A stretch of 64,000 nucleotides of DNA from Candidatus Cryptobacteroides intestinigallinarum (lineage in GTDB: Bacteria; Bacteroidota; Bacteroidia; Bacteroidales; UBA932): NCBI GenBank assembly GCA_017694785.1, contig JADIMK010000040.1:8689-72688 (forward strand), in the 5' to 3' direction. The notes under the pieces were generated by a model that searched no databases, had not been told where the DNA came from, and worked only from the letters and a program-made list of their open reading frames with translations. The position numbers and the translations under genes are program-made. Positions 44,277-52,733 of the stretch are shown here, in pieces (positions within the stretch are counted from its first letter, which is position 1; every line of letters starts with the position of its first letter).

Positions 44277-45419
44277 GTGCGGGGCACTCTGCTAAGAAAC
44301 ATAGGAATGAAAAGACATTTGTACATGACATATCTGGCGGCATTTCTGCTGATGACAATATCCCCAGCCATATATGCCCAGGAAAAGATAGGAGGGAAAG
44401 TGGAGTTCGACAGGACTGTCTGTGACTTCGGAGATGTAATGCTTTCCGACGGGCCACTCCATTGCACCTTCACGATGAAAAACATAAGCGACAAGCCTGT
44501 CGTCATCTACAACGTTGTTACCTCATGCGGCTGCACAGACGTCCAGTGGACCAAAGAGCCGATAATGCCAGGAAAGACCGGCACAATATCATCCACATAC
44601 ACCAACGATGAAGGGCCTTATCCTTTTGACAAGAACCTTACCGCATATATATCAGGGATCAGTACTCCTGTGATACTGAAGCTGCGCGGGATAAGCCATG
44701 AGAAACAGCTCAGCCTGGAAGAAATGTATCCGGTGCGTTTCGGCAGCCTCGGCATGAGAAGCACTCAACTCAAATGCGGGAACCTTGAGCAGGGCGGATA
44801 CCGCAGCGACGACGTCAAGGTTGCCAACTTGTCCTCTTCTCCGCTGAAGATAACTTTCACTGACATTACTCCAGGTCTTACAGTAGAAATATCGCCTAAT
44901 CCGATACCGGCCAGAAGTACGGCAGACCTCCGCTTTACTGTCAAGGCAGACCGCAGCAGATGGGGAAAGAATTTCTATTATGCGACTCCTCTTGTCAACG
45001 GGAAAAGATACTCTGCCTCTGAGGACGGGGAGGATACCGGCAGGATATCTGTATATGCCTTCACCAAAGAGAACTTCAGTTCCATGACAAAGGAGCAGAG
45101 AGACAACGGCTCCCGGCCTGTATTCAACTCAAGCACATATTCATTCGGCAAGATCAAGGCCGGCACTCCGGTAAAGGCCACATTCAGCTTCAGCAACATA
45201 GGCAAGTCTGATTTCAAAGTATACAAGGTAGATACAGACTGGCCTGACGCCTCAAGCTCTGCAATTCCAGTAGTCGGATGCGGCATGAAAGGGGCCTTTG
45301 AGGTAAACCTTGACACATCCTCCATGCCGGATGGTGAAGCTCTTGTGATTGTGACTCTTACCACAAATTCTCCGTCAAGACCTATAGTAAATCTTTTCAT
45401 TACAGGCTGGATAGAATAA
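44277..45419 (+). CDS. DUF1573 repeat (Ig-like) secreted protein
   Basis: Signal peptide; DFG..., F-x-x-x-N, SCGCT, PIMPGKTGTI and repeated Ig-like modules. Start could be slightly downstream. Confidence 0.75.
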   Translation: MRGTLLRNIGMKRHLYMTYLAAFLLMTISPAIYAQEKIGGKVEFDRTVCDFGDVMLSDGPLHCTFTMKNISDKPVVIYNVVTSCGCTDVQWTKEPIMPGKTGTISSTYTNDEGPYPFDKNLTAYISGISTPVILKLRGISHEKQLSLEEMYPVRFGSLGMRSTQLKCGNLEQGGYRSDDVKVANLSSSPLKITFTDITPGLTVEISPNPIPARSTADLRFTVKADRSRWGKNFYYATPLVNGKRYSASEDGEDTGRISVYAFTKENFSSMTKEQRDNGSRPVFNSSTYSFGKIKAGTPVKATFSFSNIGKSDFKVYKVDTDWPDASSSAIPVVGCGMKGAFEVNLDTSSMPDGEALVIVTLTTNSPSRPIVNLFITGWIE

Positions 45420-45430
45420 GACGGAAAGGG

Positions 45431-46582
45431 ATGCTGATGCACATGTTGACAGACATTTTGCTCAACTCAATCATGATCACCGGGCTCGTGTGCATCATGA
45501 TGATGCTGATAGAATCAATAGACCTTGAATCAAAGGGACATTTCTTCAGAGGTCTGAGAAACTCAAGGATAAGCCAGATAGGTGTAGCAGCCTTGCTCGG
45601 GTCAATACCAGGCTGCATCGGTGGCTTTGCTGCCGTATCTCTCTATTCGCAGAGACTCATAGGCTTCGGAGCCCTTGTAGCCATGATGGTAGCTTCAACT
45701 GGGGATGAAGCTTTCATGCTGATTGCCATGGAGCCCCAAAAAGCCCTGTGGATTTTTCTCCTGCTTTTCGCCATAGCTATTGCAGCTGGCCTTCTTATAG
45801 AATTCGCAGGCATAAGGCGCCCCAGAAGCGACAAGGACGGGGAAATATTGCCAGACAGCTGCTGCCGCAGAAGCAACGGGCATGAATTGCATACACATGG
45901 CCATGAATGCCATAGTGGCGACAACGGCATGTCAAATCAGGATAAGGACCGGACTTTCGGCTGGAAAAGGACTATATTGCTGACAGGCGTCTTGCTCTTT
46001 CTGGCAGCACTCCTGACAGGTCTCTTCGGCCATGACCATGGTACAGTCTCAGAAGCAGTCCATCAGCATGGCGTCCACGAAACAGGCTTAGGAGAAGGTC
46101 TTCTGGACCTGCACCTCCTTGACGAGACTTGGATGAACGTACTGTTTGCCTGCCTCAGCCTGATACTTGTAGCCATCATCTGGAAAGGATCAGACCATCT
46201 TGTGGAGCATCAGCTCTGGGATCACATAATCCTGAGGCATCTTCCCACCATATTCGGCTGGACATTCGGGATAATGGCTGTCATTGGAATTCTGATGCAT
46301 TACATTGACATCAGTTCCTGGATAAGTGACAATACTGCATTGATGATCATATTGGCGGCGCTCATCGGTCTGATTCCGGAATCAGGTCCGCATATGCTCT
46401 TCATCACACTCTATTCAGCAGGTATTGTCCCGCTTTCCGTTCTGCTTTCCAGTTGTATATCACAGGACGGGCACTCTTCCCTTCCCCTTCTTGCACAAGA
46501 CAAGAAGAGCTTCGTCTATGCGAAGCTCCTCAATTGTCTCATAGCCCTGTGCGTAGGCTTCGGGACTATGTTTCTGTCTTAG
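45431..46582 (+). CDS. Putative metal permease ('putative manganese transporter'/DUF2899-like) with His-rich loops
   Basis: GSIPGCIGG, ASTGDEAF, GLIPESGPH, SQDGH conserved loops; many TM segments; HELHTHGHECH and GHDH...HQHGVH loops. Confidence 0.75.
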   Translation: MLMHMLTDILLNSIMITGLVCIMMMLIESIDLESKGHFFRGLRNSRISQIGVAALLGSIPGCIGGFAAVSLYSQRLIGFGALVAMMVASTGDEAFMLIAMEPQKALWIFLLLFAIAIAAGLLIEFAGIRRPRSDKDGEILPDSCCRRSNGHELHTHGHECHSGDNGMSNQDKDRTFGWKRTILLTGVLLFLAALLTGLFGHDHGTVSEAVHQHGVHETGLGEGLLDLHLLDETWMNVLFACLSLILVAIIWKGSDHLVEHQLWDHIILRHLPTIFGWTFGIMAVIGILMHYIDISSWISDNTALMIILAALIGLIPESGPHMLFITLYSAGIVPLSVLLSSCISQDGHSSLPLLAQDKKSFVYAKLLNCLIALCVGFGTMFLS

Positions 46583-46649
46583 ATCAGGGATGATTCCCTG
46601 CCGGTGCATCACATCAGCAAATGCTGCCGGAATCAGAAAATACGCGGAA

Positions 46650-48323
46650 TCAGTCGTAGACAAATTCGAATTCGTCCACATACATCACGCTGCCGATTCC
46701 TCCTGTGAAGTAATCTCCTTTATAGCTTGCGCAGGCAATGACCACCGCATATGTAGGCACAGCTCCTTTCTTCCAGTATTCAAGTTCAAGGGTGAAAGGT
46801 ATATAGCCGTTTGCATCAGCAGCAGGATCCATGAATGTATCCTTGTCGCTTTCCATCTTTCCGTATGCTATGATGTGCTCATTGGCTGGTGTCTGGTCCA
46901 CAAAGATATTCTCTGAAGTATTGACTGTAAACGGACCTGTCCAGTCTGTCAGGATGACAAGGATCTGACACTGGTCCATCGTGTTCATGAGATCCTTGTA
47001 AGGATCCTTTGCTGTATTGACCGGCACAGGCTTATAGGCATAGTAGCCTTTCAGCGCATAAGGACGTCCGCTGAACGGAGTACCCCAGTCCATTATGGCT
47101 CCCAAACCGCTTATGCCCTTGAACTGTCCGGTAATGATGTTCCCGGCGGCAAATGCAATGACTGCGTTCTTGCTTTCAAGCTTTGCAGCACGCTTGCCAG
47201 GTCCTGTTACTGCTACGGCATCAGTAGGTGATGTCAAAGAGCCGACGAATGCCCCGGAACCAGGATTGGCTGAATCCCAGACCTTATACGTGTCATTGAG
47301 TCCCGGATACCAGATGTCGAATTTTCCGGATTTGACCGAATACCAGTCATCAAAGCCCATGTTATAGAGCTGCAGCGGCTCACCGGTCGTCACTTTCACA
47401 ATTTCACTTGATGCATCTTCTGTACATACCCTCAACTCATACTCTGTTCCTGGATCAAGTTTCTCTGACTCCTCTGAGATACCGTCACCCGGCACTGATG
47501 CTGAAATGTTTATCCCGTCAACAGTCACATCATCAAAACGTATCCAGCCATCAGTATCAGACTGATTTTCAATAACTTTTCTATATTCCACATAAGGAGT
47601 GCCGGTACGTCCGAATGTCGCCTCTATGTCTACATGGTAACACCAAGGATCAGCGAGGGTTATCTCTACAGGGACTGCTTCCTGCTCAAAGGACAGTTTC
47701 CAGCGGACCTTGACATCGTCGTAACGGACTTCTACATCAAGGCCTGTCAGGACATCGACATTTTCAAGAGGGAAACTGCAGGGTGTCTCTCTGACGGTTT
47801 CTGAGCCGTCGGCTCCTTTTGTCACAAGATATATCAGAGAACCTTCCCGCTCAAGCTTCATATCCGTAATGGTGACACTCTGGAGGCTCTGGTTATCCAC
47901 GACAAAGACATTGGCAGTCTTCATCACAGGATCTATTATAGGGGATGACCCCTGGTTTTCACACCTGATGTATCTTTCAATAGGCTGAGAAGCAGATATA
48001 GTCCATTCGTAGTCCTGATAAGTGCTGAGGGTATATCGCCTCGGCTGCGCAAGGTCTATCACATCCCCAGCTACAGGAAATCCGTGGGATATAGCTCCAT
48101 CAGAAATACGGCTTTCTGTCACTTTCAGGGAATTGGCATATGCTGTCTCTGCCAGGACAATGTCCACTTTTCTTGTATCTGTATTGATGATACATGATTT
48201 CTGTCCTTCCACGGCAAACGCAAGGACATCAGCCTGTACCCTCGGATATGACATGTCATTATCAATCAGACAAGACTGCATGCTGAGCAACGCCGCAGCA
48301 AACAACAAATACGGGAATTTCAT
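46650..48323 (-). CDS. Lipoprotein with Ig/FN3-like modules and C-terminal PCMD (putative carbohydrate metabolism) domain
   Basis: Lipobox MQSC; NMGFDDW, WDSANPG, AAKLES, AAGNI-x-TG, WGTPFSGRP, GSVMYVDEFEFVY. Confidence 0.8.
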   Translation of the reverse strand: MKFPYLLFAAALLSMQSCLIDNDMSYPRVQADVLAFAVEGQKSCIINTDTRKVDIVLAETAYANSLKVTESRISDGAISHGFPVAGDVIDLAQPRRYTLSTYQDYEWTISASQPIERYIRCENQGSSPIIDPVMKTANVFVVDNQSLQSVTITDMKLEREGSLIYLVTKGADGSETVRETPCSFPLENVDVLTGLDVEVRYDDVKVRWKLSFEQEAVPVEITLADPWCYHVDIEATFGRTGTPYVEYRKVIENQSDTDGWIRFDDVTVDGINISASVPGDGISEESEKLDPGTEYELRVCTEDASSEIVKVTTGEPLQLYNMGFDDWYSVKSGKFDIWYPGLNDTYKVWDSANPGSGAFVGSLTSPTDAVAVTGPGKRAAKLESKNAVIAFAAGNIITGQFKGISGLGAIMDWGTPFSGRPYALKGYYAYKPVPVNTAKDPYKDLMNTMDQCQILVILTDWTGPFTVNTSENIFVDQTPANEHIIAYGKMESDKDTFMDPAADANGYIPFTLELEYWKKGAVPTYAVVIACASYKGDYFTGGIGSVMYVDEFEFVYD

Positions 48324-48340
48324 CTGACAGTCCTCCTTAT

Positions 48341-49159
48341 CTATTTAGTCGCCTTTTTCATCCTGTGGGCTCCAGTCGGGATGTAGAATGACATGCCGAA
48401 ATTCAGGGAAAACAGATTGATCTTGAAGTTGGCACCGCTGCTCTCCATCTCACTGTGCTCAACCTGGTTTGTCACCTGGACGACCTTCTGATAGTTAAAT
48501 CCGAGCAGGCCCACGGAAATCTCGACAGCCACTTCATTTGTGACAAAGGCTGTGATTCCAGGTACAAGTCCCAGCTCGAACTGGTAGATATCCTGATAAG
48601 TCCCGAACTTGTCACCTTCATCAATCTTGTAGGTCTCAGACTGGGCGTATCCGCCTGTAGCCCGAAGTTCTGTGAACATGGCGAAACGTTTGCTGTCAGC
48701 TATAGGCATATAGTTTCTGAGAGTTATGGCCCCCGTATATGACTGCTTGAAATAGTTGAAGTTGTTCAGGCTGAATGTCATTGCATCGCCAAGGGATACA
48801 TTTGCATTTCCAAGGCCTAGAATCGAACGGTCGTAGTCAAATCTGGCTCCTACCGAAAGATTGTCGGCGATGAAATATGACGCATATGGAGCTATTCCGA
48901 AAGACATCATGTTTCCATGGATATCCTGCAGCAATGAGAAAAGCATGGCATAGCCGGCATCTGAAGCCGAATTCCCTATGCTGTAGTTATTGTAGGAAAA
49001 AGAGACACCTGCTCCGACTGTTCCCTTCGGGATAAAGACGGACTTGCCGCGCGAAATGCCTCTGTCGAACGGTTCAACAGGTTTCTTCTCCTTTGAATAT
49101 ACTGAAGGGACAGATATGATGGCCAAGGCCAGTATTGCTGTCAATATGTTGTTTTTCAT
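48341..49159 (-). CDS. Outer-membrane beta-barrel protein
   Basis: Signal peptide from MKNN; amphipathic aromatic strands (YFIADNLSVG, GLVPGITAF, LNFGMSFY) consistent with a small OMP barrel. Confidence 0.75.
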   Translation of the reverse strand: MKNNILTAILALAIISVPSVYSKEKKPVEPFDRGISRGKSVFIPKGTVGAGVSFSYNNYSIGNSASDAGYAMLFSLLQDIHGNMMSFGIAPYASYFIADNLSVGARFDYDRSILGLGNANVSLGDAMTFSLNNFNYFKQSYTGAITLRNYMPIADSKRFAMFTELRATGGYAQSETYKIDEGDKFGTYQDIYQFELGLVPGITAFVTNEVAVEISVGLLGFNYQKVVQVTNQVEHSEMESSGANFKINLFSLNFGMSFYIPTGAHRMKKATK

Positions 49160-49215
49160 CTCTTTGGGTCTATGGAACAAAAATCATGAAATCGTTGTTG
49201 TCACCTCTGAGCAGC

Positions 49216-51351
49216 TTAAAGTGCATCAGGATCATATATTAATGAAAACTCATCCAGATACAGGGTACTCCCCACACCTCCTGTAAAGTAATCTCCATAC
49301 TTGCTTGCAGCTGCAACAATGACTATGTACTTCGGTTTCCTTGTCAGATCCCTGTAGTCGATCTTGATGGTAAACGGCTGGTAAGAGTCAGTCGCATTGA
49401 GATCTATCGTACCGTAGGCTATGATACCTGGATCGGTCTGAGGCTTGACGAACTGTCCGGAAGCTGTACTTACACGGAACGGAGCATCCCAGTCGGTCAG
49501 CATTATCTGTATCTGCCCGATGTCCTGCTGGCCCTTCATGGATGCATACGCACCTTTTGCCTGGTCGATAGTCTTCGGCAGATAATAGTAGAATCCTGTC
49601 AGAGCCAGAGGCCGAGACGTAAACGGCACGCCCCAGTCAAGCTCTGCTCCCGGATTCGAGAGAGAGATGACAGCCTTGATGAAACGTCCTGTATATATGT
49701 TCCCGGCGGCAAGTCCAACCAGTGTAGCGCTCTTGCTCTCCAGGCGGGCTGCATTCTTGCCCTCTCCTTTGACATATATGTACTCCTCTTCAGCCGGAGT
49801 TGTAGGATATATTGAAAGCGTCTTTGTTCCGCCGTTTGCACTGTCCCACCAGAAATTGTCCGCACTCTCGTCAGGATACCACACATTCCCGTCCTGATAC
49901 CACGCATCAAACGACAGGTTTGGAACAGTTCCGGCTGACTCTGTCGTGAATTCAAGTTCAGTTGTCTCCTTGTCTTCAGCTGAAACAGCCCTGAATACAT
50001 ATACGGTCTCGGGATCTAGGTTCTTAAGCCTTGCCGTGAATGTCCTTGTGGATGGACCAGGGACAATTTCCCCCGAAAAGTCAGTCCACTGCGACTCTGA
50101 TGCCTTCCTGTACTGGAATGAAAGCCCGGCCGGCTGCTGTGGAGCAAACCAACGGCCAGTGACATCTGCAAACACCGCCCATGGGGAAGCAGACACAGCC
50201 TCTGCATCCAGGTTTGATATGATCTGGAAGACAAAATCCTGCTCTGCAAGACTGTGTCCACGGTCAATAGCCTGGACTGATACAGTATAATTCCCTATAG
50301 GTAATGACTTTATATAGTCTGTGAGATCTACAGTTGCAGATGTGGATGATTCTGTGACTGACGAAACCCTTATGCCGGCTGCTGCCAGAGCAGAAACTGT
50401 CTCCGATGAAGCGCCGACCAGATCAAAGGATTCTGCAGAAAGCTCCACAGGATCAGAATACTTAAGGAAGAGAGTGGAAAAACCGTCTTCCGAAGATATG
50501 CTAATGATTCTGGATGCAGCATCTCCTACTTCAACCGAGATAACATCCGAGTAATCAAAGTCAGCTGAAATTACAGGAACAGTGGAATCCTCAGGATCTA
50601 TGACAAGGGTATATTCCTTTTCATTCATGCTGTCATCAAGAATGATGGATACCGCGCCTGCACCTATATCTTCCGTATCAGAAGCCAGACTCCAGCTGAA
50701 CTTGTAATGTTCATTTCCCTTGACATCTTCTACAGTTCCTGTTATATCTTGATACTTTACACCATCTGTATTTACCAGGGAAAGTGTCCATTGAAGAGTT
50801 CCTGTGACGCTGAAATATCCCTTTTCATCTGATGTGCCGTCTGATGTGCTGAACACCAGCTCTCCACGGCCGTTGGAAACAGTGAAATCCATGGAAGAGA
50901 AAGCCTGTTTTACAGCATCATCATATTCAACAGTCACACACGTATTTTCTATCGTCGCAACGACATCAATATTCGACACCTCACCAGCCTTTATATCAAA
51001 GGCCGTACTGCCGCTATAGAAAGGTTGCCCGAAAACTGCGTCAGGAGATGTGGCCGACGACACTACAGCCGTATAGTGCCCTGCCATAAGCTTGAGGGGC
51101 TCGTCCGGAAGCACAGAGCAATCCGGAACAAAGGCAGTCCTCACATCAAGAGCATCATATACAGTAAGGCTGAAAGCCTGGGCTTCCTCTGAACTGCTTC
51201 TGAGCTCCGGTATGACAACCTGCATAGACTGGTCCTCATGCACCCTCGCGCTCAGAAAGCCATACCCTTCTTCAGACAGGGAGTCTTTCCGGCATGAAAG
51301 AAGCATGCAGATCGTCAGGACGGACAAAATATATCTGAATATACTATTCAT
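49216..51351 (-). CDS. DUF4493-like lipoprotein with FN3-like and PCMD domains
   Basis: Lipobox LLSC; LMAGHY...PFYSGSTAF..V.AT..N..VTV DUF4493 pattern; PNLSFDAW, WDSANGG, WGVPFTSRP, GSTLYLDEFSLIY. Confidence 0.8.
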   Translation of the reverse strand: MNSIFRYILSVLTICMLLSCRKDSLSEEGYGFLSARVHEDQSMQVVIPELRSSSEEAQAFSLTVYDALDVRTAFVPDCSVLPDEPLKLMAGHYTAVVSSATSPDAVFGQPFYSGSTAFDIKAGEVSNIDVVATIENTCVTVEYDDAVKQAFSSMDFTVSNGRGELVFSTSDGTSDEKGYFSVTGTLQWTLSLVNTDGVKYQDITGTVEDVKGNEHYKFSWSLASDTEDIGAGAVSIILDDSMNEKEYTLVIDPEDSTVPVISADFDYSDVISVEVGDAASRIISISSEDGFSTLFLKYSDPVELSAESFDLVGASSETVSALAAAGIRVSSVTESSTSATVDLTDYIKSLPIGNYTVSVQAIDRGHSLAEQDFVFQIISNLDAEAVSASPWAVFADVTGRWFAPQQPAGLSFQYRKASESQWTDFSGEIVPGPSTRTFTARLKNLDPETVYVFRAVSAEDKETTELEFTTESAGTVPNLSFDAWYQDGNVWYPDESADNFWWDSANGGTKTLSIYPTTPAEEEYIYVKGEGKNAARLESKSATLVGLAAGNIYTGRFIKAVISLSNPGAELDWGVPFTSRPLALTGFYYYLPKTIDQAKGAYASMKGQQDIGQIQIMLTDWDAPFRVSTASGQFVKPQTDPGIIAYGTIDLNATDSYQPFTIKIDYRDLTRKPKYIVIVAAASKYGDYFTGGVGSTLYLDEFSLIYDPDAL

Positions 51352-51375
51352 GTTTTTCTCAGATTAGAGACCTGA

Positions 51376-52659
51376 CTATTCAGCCGGCATTACAAATGTA
51401 AGCGCCCGACTGAGGGACTGTCCAGATTCGTCAGAGACATTGAGAGTGAAGATATGCTCGGAGCCAGGTGTTGCGCCAAGTCCTGCTATCATCGGCACAA
51501 GCGCTGAAAGAGAGAAGTTGACTGAAGTATGTCCCAGAAGAGCATCTCCTGTCGGGAAGAGGCTTCCGAATGACTCAATGAAAGTCTTGTCGTAGATCAG
51601 GTCCATGCTTGTACCGACGATAGGTTCAAGCACAGATGACTGTACCCCTACGACAAATGTAGCGATCTTGCCAGGGACATTGACGACGAGATTGACATCC
51701 ATTCCTTCTGTTATCTCCATCGGTCCGAAATCAGGATTTGCGGTCCACTCCAGCGAAGGTGCGGCAGGAAGATCAGGATCCGGCTCTTCTCCACCTTGGT
51801 TGCCGTCTTCACCCGGCACAGGGATCTCCTCAAGTCCATCAATGAAGATATTTTCATTCTTGTCGTTCGTGCTGTCATCGATTGTAATGAATGAACTGCC
51901 TGAACCATCAGGTTCTCCAGCCTGGGCAGCGCCTGTCGCCTTTGCATCGATATTCAGGATAATATGGTCCTTGGCCTGCACTCCGGTCACAGGCAGGGAT
52001 GCCTGTACAGGATCCTGCTGATGTGTAGCATCTGACCATCTGTAGGCCTGGACAGTGACATTGAGGTCGGCTGCGGCAAAATAGCCCTCCTTGCTTTCTG
52101 AGACTTCGGAAGGTCCCCAGATGAGGAAGCCGTCGTCTGATGTCGCTGCATCACTTCTTACTGTTATCGAAAAATCCGTGAACTCCTTCAGAAACTGCTC
52201 GGTGCATCTGATGCTTACCTTCACATTGGTGATGCCGCAGACAAGTTCGACAGTAGATGTGCGTCCGGCCATTATGGTAAATTCCTTTGAGCCTCCGAAT
52301 ACAGGCTGGTCCCAGGCAGCGATTCTGCTGTCAGGAGAAACAGCCGTGATTGTATACTGTCCTTCAGTGAGTTCAAGCACAGACGGCATTTCTGAATAGA
52401 CCCACTGGCGAGGCTCACCGACACCTGAATTGTTCGATATTGTCACAAGCATCGAATTCAATGCATCCTCCTTGTCATAAGCCTTTGTCAATGGGGAAGA
52501 CTTGCTGTCAAGCATACCTTCTTCCCTGTCATTGTATTCATCGTCAGCAGAAGACATTGTAAAAGACAATGTACCTGTAGCAGCATCATTTGTCCTGGTT
52601 TTCTGGCATCCTGCAGCAACAGCAGCAACAGCCAGCAGCATTATGAATATCTTTTTCAT
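51376..52659 (-). CDS. DUF4493-like lipoprotein without PCMD domain
   Basis: Lipobox AAGC (start at MKKIF); LTEGQY...PVFGGSKEF...V.L.C...N.KVS pattern; Pro/Gly/Glu linker then Ig-like C-terminal domain. Confidence 0.78.
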   Translation of the reverse strand: MKKIFIMLLAVAAVAAGCQKTRTNDAATGTLSFTMSSADDEYNDREEGMLDSKSSPLTKAYDKEDALNSMLVTISNNSGVGEPRQWVYSEMPSVLELTEGQYTITAVSPDSRIAAWDQPVFGGSKEFTIMAGRTSTVELVCGITNVKVSIRCTEQFLKEFTDFSITVRSDAATSDDGFLIWGPSEVSESKEGYFAAADLNVTVQAYRWSDATHQQDPVQASLPVTGVQAKDHIILNIDAKATGAAQAGEPDGSGSSFITIDDSTNDKNENIFIDGLEEIPVPGEDGNQGGEEPDPDLPAAPSLEWTANPDFGPMEITEGMDVNLVVNVPGKIATFVVGVQSSVLEPIVGTSMDLIYDKTFIESFGSLFPTGDALLGHTSVNFSLSALVPMIAGLGATPGSEHIFTLNVSDESGQSLSRALTFVMPAE

Positions 52660-52733
52660 ATCTTGTTTTTTTCTGGATTGGACTATCTTGTCATTATTCA
52701 TTTGATATCGTTGGATCTTACGGCTGTCCGACT

